Both the position numbers and the translations under genes were made by a program. Below, piece after piece: positions 11,980 through 25,567 of a stretch of 64,000 nt of DNA. The stretch is from contig NMRA01000390.1 in assembly GCA_002633005.1 (NCBI GenBank), positions 298,355 to 362,354 on the forward strand. Reading direction: 5' to 3'. Within the stretch, counting starts at the first letter, position 1; each line of letters opens with the position of its first letter. Below the pieces are notes generated by a model. It made no database searches. It saw only the letters and a program-made list of their open reading frames with translations, and was not told where the DNA came from. The stretch is from Phoronis australis. Taxonomy: Eukaryota; Animalia; Phoronida.

Positions 11980-14198
11980 TTTGAAGCACAGGTGTCCTCA
12001 GCAGCTCAGCTTCTGGTCGTCCCCAATACCCTATATATAATACTACAAGGTATGACACTCCGGACCAGAAATTCCACGGGGGCTTCACTTGAGCCATCCA
12101 TATCAAACACAAAACAATAAATTTACACAAAACAAGGTTTCAACAAACCATTAGTAGGGAGGACAATGTTTTTATTTTTTTTGCAATACCCATGTGTCAT
12201 ACATTTTTGAAAAGCCCTTGGTGTGAGAAATGAAATGGTGCAAAAACCAGAAAAATTGGGCGAGCGGTTACCGAGAAAATGGACGTTGAAATGCGACGAT
12301 TATGCGTAAAATATCTGCCTTTTTACATAATTTCGTAAACAATAAAAGAATATACATGTGCTGCATATAAAAATATTCGTCTCATTGAGACAAACTTGGT
12401 GGTGTGTAAATTTGGATCGATTTCTACAGAGATATTGCTGTTTAAATGTGTTCTTAGCATATGGAACAGGCTCATCATCAACCTCATGTTTGATGAAAAC
12501 AATGCATTACACAGCTTAAAAGGTAAAGAGCAAAAAACAACACATCAGTTCAAAAATAAATACATCTGAGCTAGGAGGAAATTTCACATCAAATCACAAG
12601 ACAACATTAGTGGATTTGGGGAGGGGCAAGAGGGCCAGCCCTTATAAACAGTCCCCCCCCAAAAAAAAACTCCCAGATTTCATTTAGCAATTTGAGGGTG
12701 CAAATATCTTATGGGTAAAATCCTGCGTAATACTCTGCCCTGGCCCCCCCCCCCTCCTATCTAAAAATCCTAGATCTGCCCTTGAATACTACTATCTGGG
12801 CAACATATCATGGCCTGACAGGGGGCTGGGGTCGCTGGGGAAGGCTATAGCTCCCCCACTGCTGGGTGCCACCCATGTACTATTAGATTGTATCATAGCA
12901 TCAGAAAGTAGACAAAAGACCATTTGGGAAAACAAAAAACTCTTAACATGAAGGATTTCATCATTTACGCAACAAAAACTCTTTGTAACAGCTTTATTTC
13001 GAACGGTGAAGTTGTGGTGCAATTGAACTTCAACATAGCCGCTCGTGGCGCTGACATGCGGCGACTTAGTGAACTAACGACTGCTGCTTGAAAAGTGCCA
13101 ATGCGCAGCAGTTTGACAGAATTTCCGAAAAAGAAATAATTACCAATTAAAAGAGTGATAAATTCTTCATCTAAAAATCTGGGGGGGACTGGAAAAACAT
13201 CTCCCGACCGACCAAAATTAGGCCTTCCAGACGATCGAAAACTCCCCATGAAAACTTGGCTTTGACTTCGACAAAACAACTTGAGGAGACGTGCACGCAT
13301 CTAACCTACATCCTGGCCAAATTTCATGTTTGTATTCGAGAGTATAGTGCTCTTTTGGATAGGAGGAACAAGAGGCACTTTTTCGAAAGTTGATTGCATG
13401 GCGGAAAATCGTGCGCTACAAAAAGCTTACAAAAATGATTTATCAGCAATAATTCGAGACAAAAAGATTACAAAACTTAGAAGTAAAGACTAAGGTAATG
13501 ATTTATAACAATATTGTCTTATAGTTAACGTTGAAGTCTGAAATTGGGTATAATTTACTGACGTGGGTTTTACACGGAGGCCGATGTGGAGCACCGTGAC
13601 CTACTTTTCGATTGTCCTGCCTACCATTAGCAATTGTTCTTTCTTCTAATACCACTCGTGGTGTCCTGCTCCAGTGAGTTCACAACAAATTCGTGGTCAA
13701 AGCACAAAAATGTTCCCAAAAAGCCCACGCATCGAGCCTTCTTGGACGGTTCGAGGTCAAGGACGGTACGGCAATTGCCGATTTGTCATGGACTGTCACG
13801 ACATCGATAACTCCACATTAGCCAGACCATTTCGTAACCTTCCGTGAGAAACTGGCAATTGCCGTCCATCGGTAACTCATCAGATAATTTCATACCGTCC
13901 TTGACCTTGAACCGTCCAAGGAGGCTCGATGCGTGGGCTTTTTGGGAACATTTTTGTGCTTTGATAGCGAATTTGTTGCGATCTCGCTGAAGCAGGACAC
14001 CGTGAATGGTATTAGAGGAAAGAACAATTGCTAATGGTTTGTTCAAACCTTGTTTTGTGTAAATTTATTGAGTTTTGTGTTTGATATGGACGGCTGAAGT
14101 GAAGCACCTGTGAAATTTCTGTTCGGGAGTGTCATACCTTGTAGTATTATGTAGTGTATTGGGGATGATCAGAAGCTGAGGACGCATGTGGTTTGAAG
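11980..14198. mobile_element. Foldback/palindromic element (arms ~350 bp) interrupted by a nested insertion
   Basis: 11980-12154 plus 13624-13790 is the reverse complement of ~13860-14198 once 12155-13623 is removed. Confidence 0.7.
12155..13623. mobile_element. Non-autonomous DNA transposon with 13-bp TIR (TAGGGAGGACAAT/ATTGTCCTGCCTA) and 7-bp TSD CCATTAG
   Basis: TSD at 12148-12154 and 13624-13630; the insertion splits one arm of the foldback element. Confidence 0.8.
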
Positions 14199-14599
14199 TC
14201 GTTAAGAAGCAATTACTATCTCTGAATAATCTTCAAAAATATAGCATGCAGGATTACTTCACTATTGTATTTGAACACATTGGCATTCATAAGGGTATAT
14301 TAGCCTTGTAAAGCTACAGATTAGGCAATACCTAGGGCCTTGGTTGGCTAGACAGGGGCTACAATACTTCCCATTGCTTTCTGCACGAATTTTGTCCCGT
14401 GTATTTTAAATGGGTGGTAGGCTAAATCTGCTCACCGACTAAGAGGTTTTAAAATCATTGAAAATACATTTTACACTTAAAATTGTCACTTAAAACTTAA
14501 GGATCGGGCTAAACTTAAGGTATTAGCCAAAGTGATTATTTGAAGGATCTGAAACTTTTAGAATATTTTCAAAAGTTATTAGCCAAATACATTCTCCTT

Positions 14600-14830
14600 A
14601 TTCCCGGGTTACAGCGGGAGTACGTCGGCCACATGGGCTCAATGTTGACTTAAAAAATTCGGCAGGGGTTCTGGCCCTAGATCCCCGGGTTAAGGCGGGA
14701 GTACATCCGCCACATGGGGATTTAAATGATATTGACCTTTAAAAAAGTTGAGGGGGTTCTCCCTATCCCTGGGTTACAGCAGGGCTATGTTAGCCACATG
14801 GGCATTTCATTGACGTTGACCTAAAAAAAT
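14600..14830. repeat. Three diverged ~80-bp tandem units (CCCGGGTTACAGCGGGAGTAC...GCCACATGGG); duplicated at ~18240-18470
   Basis: Visible recurring motif. Confidence 0.7.
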
Positions 14831-16115
14831 TTGTATGCCATTACTTCACTGCACTTGATGGTTCCCATTGATCATAGAAACCTGAAAAGTGAGATACATC
14901 CTTCATGGAATTCTTATGGAAATTAAGTAGGTAAAAATTGATAAAAAACTCATTGTCTTAGAACACGTCACGAGATATGAAAGACCCCTTCATTTCATGA
15001 GTTTTGTTCATGCATGCTGGAGAACTAACAGTTATCCCAGAAGTCTTCATGGGAATTGAGAGATCTATACCACTGAGAACGACAAGGTCAAATATGTGAT
15101 CAGAATAGTCAAATTGCCTGCAAAGCCATTCAAACTGTGTTAGTGTTTAATGTCAATTTTGAGGTCACATGAGTTAACCATTATTACATGTGGACAAACT
15201 GTTCTAGAGTTGGACTGTACAGTCAAACTGTGTCATCGGATCACCTGCAGTATTGTGCAATGCAATCACATCTGGTTATATGCAAGAGTGAGTGCTGACT
15301 CGTGATGTCACCTGATGGTACTAGAGGTACTGGAACCTACTAGGCAAAACTACATCAGACTCCTGGATCTTTCTGAAACGTTCCTTGTACCTGAAGTTAA
15401 CTGTTAGCTAAAGTACTTTCATTTGCGTGAGCAAACCTGAGCAAGCTTTTTCAACCAGGATTCTGTTTTACGTCGCAAGCCCTGTCGTAACAAAGATATT
15501 TGTAGGCAAAGTTATTGTCACGGCAACATATTGCCACATTTCTGTAGCTACCATTGAACATTCCTGTGTAGTACATGGTAGAGTACATTCAAACTGAATG
15601 CAGAGAATGACTTTGGAGACCCAAAAGTCCACCATTTACAGTTGATTAGTTTCATTGGTGTAATTGTCACTGGAAGTACATGTCTCTCTTTAACAACATA
15701 CTGCTGTCGCAGCTGTTTGATGACAACCCACATCATACCACACTGCAGCTATATGCATTTTGTATTAATATTGGCCGTAATTGTCGACAAATGTACCCGT
15801 ATTGACCTATTTTCAATGAAGTGACCTAAAAGCTGAGCATGGAATTGACTTGTGTTTTTCTCCATATAGATATTGACTTGAGTAAATGTTCAGAAATCTC
15901 ATGTGATAACTTGGTGTGTTTTTGAATGAAATTACTCATATGTGAAATTTAGGCTCATGAACTTTCTTACTGTAAGCAAGTTTGTTTTACGTGAGTACTA
16001 ACTTTATTTAGTGTTCATGTGGTATAGTTTTCCTGTGGTGATTTTTCTACCTGAATATGTCTCTGTGTTATCATGTTAATCTCATGTAGGTTTGTGTGTG
16101 TATTTGCTTGTTTAG

Positions 16116-16244
16116 GTGGCTAATAGAAGTATGAGTGATGAAGTGAGCAAGGCCCAAACTGCGGCACCCAACCAGGAGAAAACCATTTTTGGTAAAATTG
16201 TCGATGGAACAATTCCTGCAGATATTATCTATCAAGATGATCTG
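16116..16244 (+). CDS. HINT2: HINT2-like exon 2, copy A
   Basis: VANRSMSDEVSKAQTAAPNQEKTIFGKIVDGTIPADIIYQDDL (HINT family TIFGKI..IPA.IIY.DD); TTTAG acceptor, GTATGT donor; 129 nt. Confidence 0.85.
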
Positions 16245-16479
16245 GTATGTTGGATTTTACTTCTCAACTTGATGCATTTGTTCGCAGCTGGGTGTCCAAC
16301 ATTTTTGGCTTCCAGCTTTGTTTAAGTAAACTATGCAGCATAGGAGCTATTTGAGATTTACTGATTGAGGTCTGATTTGACAGTCTGTAATTAAAAGTTT
16401 CAGAACACTTTACAGCAAAATAGTGAAGTATTATTTTCTCAAAATATTTTACAAAAATAAACAAAAAGGAAATCTGTTA

Positions 16480-17497
16480 CAGGGCTCGACGCTATTAAAA
16501 TCGCCAGGTCGCATTTTGCGACCTAGCCAAAATCCCAGGTCGCATTTTCAAAATCCAGCTCGCATTAGTAAATGCCAGGTCGCAAAATTTTCCCGCCATT
16601 TTTACGCGCCAAAATAGATTTTTTAGATCATCGAGAAAGTGTTTAGATTATGATCTTACCTGCAGCGTTAAATACTCACAAATTAATTTCGGATCTCAAA
16701 ATTGACTTCATTCATGCAGGTACGGCCTTACTGTTCTTCACGACTGCCATTGAAAGACTCTAGAGCGCAAGGCAAGTTGCCGACGTGAAAGTTGAATCAG
16801 TGCTCTCTAACTGACTTGTGCATTCGAGTAGCTAAATTTGCGATGTGAAAAGGGAGAAAATCCCCGTTGAAAAAGTGTCCGGGATTTTGTTAGATCTGGC
16901 CTTACAAGTACGGGAAAAATAGGTCAGTCACAAAACGATACGCATGTCACTAGTGTTAACTTTCTTTCCGAGGTATAAAACAAAGCCGGGATTTTGTTTT
17001 TACATATTGTGAAAAGAGGTTTTTGAAAACTGAAGTCGTGTACAGTGAAAGTGACACACCATATAAGCTGCGTGACAATTTTAAACCACACGCGGTCGTT
17101 TGTAGTGCACTATGATGGGCGCTAGCTTGAACTGTGGGCGCTAAATTGGAAATTCGCAAAATTTAAGAGGGGACTTTTAATAGATCAATGAGCGCTTATT
17201 ATGAAACACTTTAAAGGTAGGGAGTAGGCTTGTGCGTGAGCATAGTTGTTAACCTCAGCGGTAATAAGATATTAAAACGCTGCAATGGTAAGAAACGTTA
17301 TAATGAAATACGATTTTGCGAGGCAAACTCCATCTAGTAGGGATGACTTTCTGGATATCGTTACCACCTACATTGTACCCTTTTTAGCCACCCGGAAAGA
17401 TTTTGTTTGTAACTGCCCGCTTCAGCCGGAACAAGATTGTTTCTATAGGAGTCTGAACATTTTACGGCGACGGTGGTTAGGGGAGCGAAAAGTTGCC
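16480..17497. mobile_element. hAT-like element left end (CAGGGCTCG...), truncated at the N join; absent from the duplicate copy
   Basis: CAGGG terminus with subterminal GGTCGCA repeats; the homologous site at ~20345 is empty. Confidence 0.6.
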
Positions 17498-19713
17498 NTT
17501 GCCGTCCATCGGTAACTCATCAGATAATTTCATACCGTCCTTGACCTTGAACCGTCCAAGGAGGCTCGATGCGTGGGCTTTTTGGGAACATTTTTGTGCT
17601 TTGATAGCGAATTTGTTGCGATCTCGCTGGAGCAGGACACCGTGAATGGTATTAGAGGAAAGAACAATTGCTAATGGTTTGTTCAAACCTTGTTTTGTGT
17701 AAATTTATTGAGTTTTGTGTTTGATATGGACGGCTGAAGTGAAGCACCTGTGAAATTTCTGTTCGGGAGTGTCATACCTTGTAGTATTATGTAGTGTATT
17801 GGGGATGATCAGAAGCTGAGGACGCATGTGGTTTGAAGTCGTTAAGAAGCAATTACTATCTCTGAATAATCTTCAAAAATATAGCATGCAGGATTACTTC
17901 ACTATTGTATTTGAACACATTGGCATTCATAAGGGTATATTAGCCTTGTAAAGCTACAGGTTAGGCAATACCTAGGGCCTTGGTTGGCTAGACAGGGGCT
18001 ACAATACTTCCCATCGCTTTCTGCACGAATTTTGTCCCGTGTATTTTAAATGGGTGGTAGGCTAAATCTGCTCACCGACTAAGAGGTTTTAAAATCATTG
18101 AAAATACATTTTACACTTAAAATTGTCACTTAAAACTTAAGGATCGGGCTAAACTTAAGGTATTAGCCAAAGTGATTATTTGAAGGATCTGAAACTTTTA
18201 GAATATTTTCAAAAGTTATTAGCCAAATACATTCTCCTTATTCCCGGGTTACAGCGGGAGTACGTCGGCCACATGGGCTCAATGTTGACTTAAAAAATTC
18301 GGCAGGGGTTCTGGCCCTAGATCCCCGGGTTAAGGCGGGAGTACATCCGCCACATGGGGATTTAAATGATATTGACCTTTAAAAAAGTTGAGGGGGTTCT
18401 CCCTATCCCTGGGTTACAGCAGGGCTATGTTAGCCACATGGGCATTTCATTGACGTTGACCTAAAAAAATTTGCATGCCATTACTTCACTGCACTTGATG
18501 GTTCCCATTGATCATAGAAACCTGAAAAGTGAGATACATCCTTCATGGAATTCTTATGGAAATTAAATAGGTAAAAATTGATAAAAAACTCATTGTCTTA
18601 GAACACGTCACGAGATATGAAAGACCCCTTCATTTCATGAGTCTTGTTCATGCATGCTGGAGAACTAACAGTTATCCCAGAAGTCTTCAAGGGAATTGAG
18701 AGATCTATACCACTGAGAACTACAAGGTCAAATATTTGATCAGGATAGCCAAATTGCCTGCAAAGCCATTCAAACTGTGTTAGTGTTTAATGTCAAATTT
18801 GAGGTCACATGAGTTAACCATTGTTGCATGTGGACAAACTGCTCTAGAGTTGGACTGTACAGTCAAACTTTGTCATCGTTTCACCCGCAGTATTGTGCAA
18901 TGCAATCACATCTGGTTATGCAAGAGTGAGTGCTGACTCGTAATGTCACCTGATGGTACTGGAGGTTCTAGAACTTACTAGGCAAAACTACATCAGACTC
19001 CTGGATCTTTCTGAAACTTTCCTTGTACCTGAAATTCACTGTTAGCTAAAGTACTTTCATTTGTTATCTTGGCTTTGGGACATTGCGTGAGGAAACCTGA
19101 GCAAGCTTTTTCAACCAGGATTCTTTTTTACGTCGCAAGCCCTGTCGTAACAAAGATATTTGTAGGCAAAGTTATTGTCAAGGCAACATATTGCTGCATT
19201 TCTGTAGCAACCATTGAACATTCCTGTGTAGTACATGGTAGAGTACATTCAAACTGAATGCAGAGAATGACTTTGGAGATCCAAAAGTCCACCATTTACA
19301 GTTGATTAGTTTCATTGGTGTAATTGTCACTGGAAGTACATGTCTCTCCTTAACAACATCCTGCTGTCGCAGCTGTTTGATGACAACCCACATCATACCA
19401 CACTGCGGCTATAAGCATTTTGTATTAATATTGGCCGTAATTGTCGACAAATATACCCGTATTGACCTATTTTCAATGAAGTGACCTAAAAGCTGAGCAT
19501 GGAATTGTCTTGTGTTTTTCTCCATATAGACATTGGCTTGTGTAAATGTTCAGAAATCTCGTGTGATAACTTGGTATGTTTTTGAATGTAAGTACTCATA
19601 TGGGAAATGTAGGCTTGTGAATTTTATAACTGTAAGCAAGTTTGTTTTACGTGAGTATAAGTAACTAACTTTATTTATTGTTTGTGTGGTATAGTTTTCC
19701 TGTGGGGATTTTT

Positions 19714-19976
19714 CTACCTGAATATGTCTCTGTGTTATCATGTTAATCTCATGTAGGTTTGTGTGTGTTTAGGTGGCTACCTTATGTCTCTGCGTTATCA
19801 TGTTAATCTCATGTTAGGTTTGTGTGTGTTTAGGTGGCTACCTGAATATGTCTCTGTGTTGTCGTGTTAATCTCATGTAGGTTTGTGTGTGTTTAGGTGG
19901 CTACCTGAATATGTCTCTGTGTTATCATGTTAATCTCATGTAGGTTTGTGTGTGTATTTGCTTGTTTAGGTGGCTA
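19714..19976 (+). repeat. ~62-bp tandem repeat (x4) of the HINT exon 2 acceptor region
   Basis: Each unit ends TTTAG|GTGGCTA; copy A has only one unit. Confidence 0.9.
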
Positions 19977-20098
19977 ATAGAAGTATGAGTGATGAAGTGA
20001 GCAAGGCCCAAACCGCGGCACCCAACCAGGAGAAAACCATTTTTGGTAAAATTGTTGATGGAACAATTCCTGCAGATATTATCTATCAAGATGACCTG
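19970..20098 (+). CDS. HINT2: HINT2-like exon 2, copy B
   Basis: Same peptide as copy A with three synonymous differences; intact AG/GT. Confidence 0.85.
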
Positions 20099-20404
20099 GT
20101 ATGTTGGATTTTGCTTCTCAACTTGATACATTTGTTCGCAGCTGGGTGTCCAACATTTTTGGCTTCCAGCTTTGTTTAAACGTAAACTATGCAGCGAAGG
20201 AGCTATTCGAGATTTTCTGATTGAGGTCTGATGCTGGCATGTTGTCAGTCGGTAATTAAAAGTTTAAGAACACTTTACAGCAAAATAGTGAAGCATTATT
20301 TTATCAAAATATTTTACAAAAATAAACAAAAAGAAAACCTGTTATTCGTTATTTGAATGTTTTGTACTGTACATAATGTCAAAAACAAACAATGACATTT
20401 GAGC

Positions 20405-21861
20405 ATTTTTATGCTTCCACATAGTTATGTAATATGGGTGCATTATGCCATCATCCCCATTCGTCCATCTATGCAGTGTTCAGCATCCTCTGCTGTATCT
20501 TCAAAACCCGTGGTGGATGTACGTGAAATTTTGCTAACATATTCTTATCGTAGATGGGATGGCATGAGTGAATTTTCGGACAGGTCCGACTGTGGTTTCT
20601 CCCCTAGTGGCAAATTTAGTTTTTTACATTTGCCTCTCTATCTTGACAGATTTGCATTAAATTTTGCAAATACTTAGATGCCGTCTTGTTTTCGGATGAA
20701 TTTGACACTTTCTGCGCTAGACGTAGTACCCATTTTTATGCGCCTACATATTTATATGTTGCCGCTGTTGCTTCAAAGGTCTTCAACCGATTTTCATGAA
20801 ATTTGGTACATAGGCATCTATGAATGAGTTAACGCTATCCTCTCGTTTTTGGATTGCTTCGATGGATTTTGTGCCATCTAGTGGCCATTTTTACTATTTT
20901 CGAGTCGTTTTTTGACGTCCGCTCCTCTAACACCCAAACCACTATAAGGGTGATTGTGAAAATTGGCATGTATGGTCTTATTATGAAGAAGACTGTTGAC
21001 GATGATTTTCCAATGACTTCGACTAGTGTGGCGCCTCCTAGTGGTAGTTTCGTTTGTTTTTGCGCCCATGGCTGTATCTCCTAAACGCTCTACAGGATCT
21101 TTCTTAAATTTAACAAATGTGTTGACAACAGACGACGACGACTTTGGGACAGATCGGTCTACCGGTGTGCCCCCTTGTGGCAATTTTAGTTTTTTACGGT
21201 TATCGCTGTATCTTCAAAGATACTCAACGGATTTCCATAAAATTTGGCTCATAGACATCCATTAGTGAGGTGACGCTAGCCATTCATCTTCGGATTGATT
21301 CGAGGTTTTTGCGCCACCTAGTGGCCATTTTTGTTGTTTTTGAGTCTGTTTTGTTGCGTTTGTCCCTCTGTCAACGAAGCCACTCTAAGGATGATTATGA
21401 AAGTTGGCATGTATGTATTTTCTATGAAGGGGACGGTTGCCGATGATTTTCTTATGACTTTGACTACTTTGGCGCCTCCTCGTGGCGGTTTTGTATTTTT
21501 TTGCACCCATACCTGTATTTCCTAAGCCTTCTGCAGGATCTTTATTATATTTAGCACTTGTATGAAGTTAACAAGAAAAGAAGACAACTTTTAGACGGAT
21601 CCGATGAACACTGTGCCCCCTAGAGGCAATTTCGTTTTTTTGTTTTCCTCTGTTGCTCTGAAATTCCTTGGCGAATTTTAATTAAAATTGGTAAGTGACT
21701 TTCTTTTAAAGAAACAATGACATTTTTTTTTGTTTTCAGACGGATTTGGTGTATTTTGCGCCATCTAGTGACCATTTTAATGATACAAATAAACAACCCT
21801 AAAAGCACACCATTTGCGATGCATTCGTGGGCGCATTTCAACGCTCTGCCTTGCTCTTGTT
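20405..21861 (+). mobile_element. Helentron-associated (HINE/DINE-like) non-autonomous element with internal ~150-bp tandem units
   Basis: 5' TTTTTATGCGCC(T/C)AC, 3' subterminal inverted GTGGGCGCAT, 3' hairpin and CTCTTGTT end; same family at 23355-24600 and 36104-38396. Confidence 0.7.
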
Positions 21862-22754
21862 ACAGCTTGTCTAGAGCTCTATCTGCCAAACTACTCTAAG
21901 AATGATTATGAAAATTGGCATTATGTCTTCCAAGCGGGAATTAGAAGGCTGACAATGATTTTCAGATGACTCCGACTATTGTGGCACTTCCTAGTGGTAG
22001 TTTTGTTTTTTGTCCACAGCTGTATGAAATAAACCCCTTGCATGAAATTTGTTAGTTTTGGCAAATGAATTTATATAAAAGTGACAACAGATGACTAATA
22101 CTTTTGGACGGAACCGACTACTACAGACTGCACCTCTTAGTGGGTGTGGCTTCATATTTTCCTATGTATATTGGGAGTTTGATAGTTGACGGATTTTCAT
22201 GCTTTTCTGTTGTGACACTTTGCCATTTTCCGATAGATTCGACCTATTATACGCCAACTGATGAATATTGTAATTATTTTAGTGTTATTTTGGCATCCGC
22301 TTTGTATCTACCAAATCACTCTAAGGATCATTATGAAAACTGGCCAATGAGTTTCTACTGGGAAGTGCATGACTGACGACAGTTTTGAATTGGTCCGACT
22401 ATTGTGGGACCCTCTTGTTGTAATTTTAATTTTTGCCTATGGCTCATTGTGCAAGTTCCTTGATGGATTTCATGAAATTTGGAAAATATTATTGAGTTCT
22501 GTCAGTGGTGCTTGTGGCATTGTCTTTGATGTTAACAGTGCCCAGTGGCGATGTCATGGTCTTTGATTTCACCTTGTATAATGCTGCGTGTCTAGAGTTT
22601 CTATTTTATTAATTGTTTCAAAGAATTTGAAACTTCTAGTTGTCTGTCATGACATCACACTCTTTATGGTTCTTTTGCGATAGTAAGGTTGTTGTGTCTC
22701 CATGACCTAGTTGGTTTTGCTTTTATTTTGGTATTATCAAGCCACTAAGTTTGA

Positions 22755-22970
<216 letters not shown>

Positions 22971-23027
22971 TAATACTCAATAAATGTCATTGAACAGTGA
23001 AGGCAAAATCCATGAAACAGTTGTTAA

Positions 23028-23353
23028 GAGCAATTCCATATAAAAACCAGATGGTGGGCTATATATGCAAAATCACCAATTTTTTTGAAACTTAGCATAT
23101 CAGCTGGCCTTGTCAAAAGAAACCTGAGCCTGAATTTTTAAGAGTTTCCGAGTTTTTTTTAACCCTTTTTACGACCACTTTGTACTTTTTCCGAAAAATA
23201 GCAAATAATAGTACTTGGAAGTAGGTGACTTTTTGTCAGCAACAACACATCATCGCTTCACGCTATAAAAAAATAACTATATAGCAGAAAGAAGAAAGAA
23301 TAACGTACAAGAAAAACTAGTTCGGATGTATTTTTTGATTTTTTATGTCCTCC
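23028..23353. mobile_element. Insertion at TTAA starting GAG (Sola3-like terminus), truncated at N; absent from the duplicate copy
   Basis: TTAA|GAGCAATTCC in copy A vs empty TTAA|GTTCTGG at ~26535 in copy B. Confidence 0.5.
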
Positions 23354-23354
23354 N

Positions 23355-24600
23355 GCGTCCGGCGTCCGCGGCTGTACCTCCTAAAACCCTTGCAGGATCG
23401 TATTGAAATTTGGTAGGTGTGCTCCTATGGGGTCTAAAACTGAGGGCTGCGAGTTTCGGACCGACCCGAATACCGCTGTGACCCCTAGTGGCAATTTTAG
23501 TTTTTTATGTTTGCCTCTGTTGCTTCAACCGATTTTCATGAAATTTGGTACATAGGCATCTATTAACGAGTTAACACTATCCTCTTGTTTTCGGATTGCT
23601 TCGATGGATTTTGCACCATCTAGTGGCCATTTTTACTATTTTCAAGTCGTTTTTTGACGTCCACTCTTCTAACAACCAAACCACTATAAGGGTGCTTGTG
23701 AAAATTGGCATGTATGGTCTTACTATGAAGAAGACTGTTGACGATGATTTTCCAATGACTTCGACTAGCGTGGCGCCTCCTAGTGGTAGTTTCGTTTGTT
23801 TTTGCGCCCATGACTGTATCTCCTAAACGCTCTACAGGATCTTTATTAAATTTAACAAATGTGTTGACAACAGACGACGACGACTTTGGGACAGATCGGT
23901 CTACCGGTGTGCCCCCTTGTGGCGATTTTAGTTTTTTACGTTTATCGCAGTATCTTCAAAGATACTCAACGGATTTCCATAAAATTTGGCACATAGACAT
24001 CCATTAGTGAGGTGACGCTAGCCATTCATCTTCGGATTGATTTGAAGTTTTTACGCCACCTAGTGGCCATTTTTGTTGTTTTTGAGTCTGTTTTGTGGCG
24101 TTTGTCCCTCTGTCAACCAAGCCACTCTAAGGAGGATTATGAAAGTTGGCATGTATGTATTTTCTATGAAGGGGACGGTTGCCGATGATTTTCTGATGAC
24201 TTTGACTACTTTGGGGCCTCCTAGTGGCGGTTTTGTATTTTTTGCACCCATACCTGTATTTCCTAAGCCTTCTGCAGGATCTTTATTAAATTTAGCACCT
24301 GTATGAAGTTAACAAGAAAAGACGACGACTTTTAGACGGATCTGATGAACACTGTGCCCCCTAGTGGCAATTTCGTTTTTTTGTTTTCCTCTGTTTCTCT
24401 GAAATTCCTTGGCGAATTTTAATTAAAATTGGTAAATGGCTTTCTTTTAAAGAAACAATGACATTTTTTGTTTTCAGATGGATTTGGCGTATGTTGCGCC
24501 ATCTAGTGACCATTTTAATGATACAAAAAAAACAACCCTAAAAGCACACCATTTGCGATGCATTCGTGGGCGCATTTCAGCGCTCTGTGTTGCTCTTGTT
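23355..24600 (+). mobile_element. Helentron-associated element, duplicate or allelic copy
   Basis: GTCC-like 5' repeats, same internal units and GTGGGCGCAT...GCTCTTGTT end. Confidence 0.65.
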
Positions 24601-24866
24601 ACAGCTTGTCTAGAGCTCTATCTGCCAAACTAATGTAAGAATGATTATGAAAATGGGCATTATGTCTTTCAAGCGGGAATTAGAAGGCTGACAATGATTT
24701 TCAGATGACTCCAACTATTGTGGCACTTCCTAGTGGTAGTTTTGTTTTTTGTCCACAGCTGTATGAAATAAACCCCTTGCATGAAATTTGTTAGTTTTGG
24801 CAAATGAATTTATATAAAAGTGACAACAGATGGCTAATACTTTTGGACGGAACTGACTACTACAGA

Positions 24867-25567
24867 CAGGCCTTTATGCAGCGTACGTCCTGGGCGTCCA
24901 TTTGGAGGGACGCCCTAGCACTAAACTGGATGCCCTGGCAAGGACGCCCAATGTATCATTTGGACGCCCACTGTCAATAGGAACCTTTCAAGTTTGGACT
25001 TACACATTGTAACGAATACTAGGAAGCCTCTGAAGGCTCACAGTGGGGACTCTTTTTTCAAAGCAGGAAGAAATATACAATGTATATGCAAAGTATATGC
25101 ATTGCATTGTTGCTATTTTGACACTTAATTGACAGCATTGTAAGAGCCATGGGGCCCGTTCCAACAAAACTGACTTACCTAAGACAATTCCTAAATTTTA
25201 CTAACTTTTAAAATAAAAGTTCAATTTGTCTCAAAATTATTTCAAGAAAGAGATGTCAAGCTTCATTTAAATGTTTGACGTACGTTTTGGCTTAATTTTG
25301 ATGAATTTACCAGATATGGAAGTTTCAAAGTTTGGAAGTTAAGACAAATCTTAGACTTAAGTCAATAATGAACTTAAGTCAGTTTCTTGGAACGGGCCCT
25401 TGGTCTACAGTTTTTTTAGAAAAAATGCTCACCATGGAAGGCTGTTTTATAAACTTAGATGTAAAAACCTTGATCTATGCATTTTTTTTGTAAAAAAATC
25501 TGTGTGTTTGGGGATATTTCTGGGGGTGGGGGGGGGGTTACGCGTCGGAATCATGGACACAGGCTTG
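24867..25567. mobile_element. hAT-type non-autonomous element with 8-bp TSD ACTACAGA, containing a nested Harbinger-like MITE (25152-25399)
   Basis: TSD at 24859-24866 and 25568-25575; empty site in the other copy (~22120); imperfect CAGGCC/GGCTTG termini; inner TIR GGGCCCGTTCCAA..AAACTGACTTA. Confidence 0.8.

Larger units (their letters stand above)
13859..20345. repeat. Near-identical duplicated block: 13859-16479 vs 17499-~20345, includes HINT exon 2
   Basis: Direct alignment visible; second copy begins immediately after a single N at 17498. Confidence 0.9.

Noticed and set aside
12965-13300. 111-aa ORF as a transposase
   Set aside because: No catalytic or DNA-binding motif; lies within a non-autonomous element
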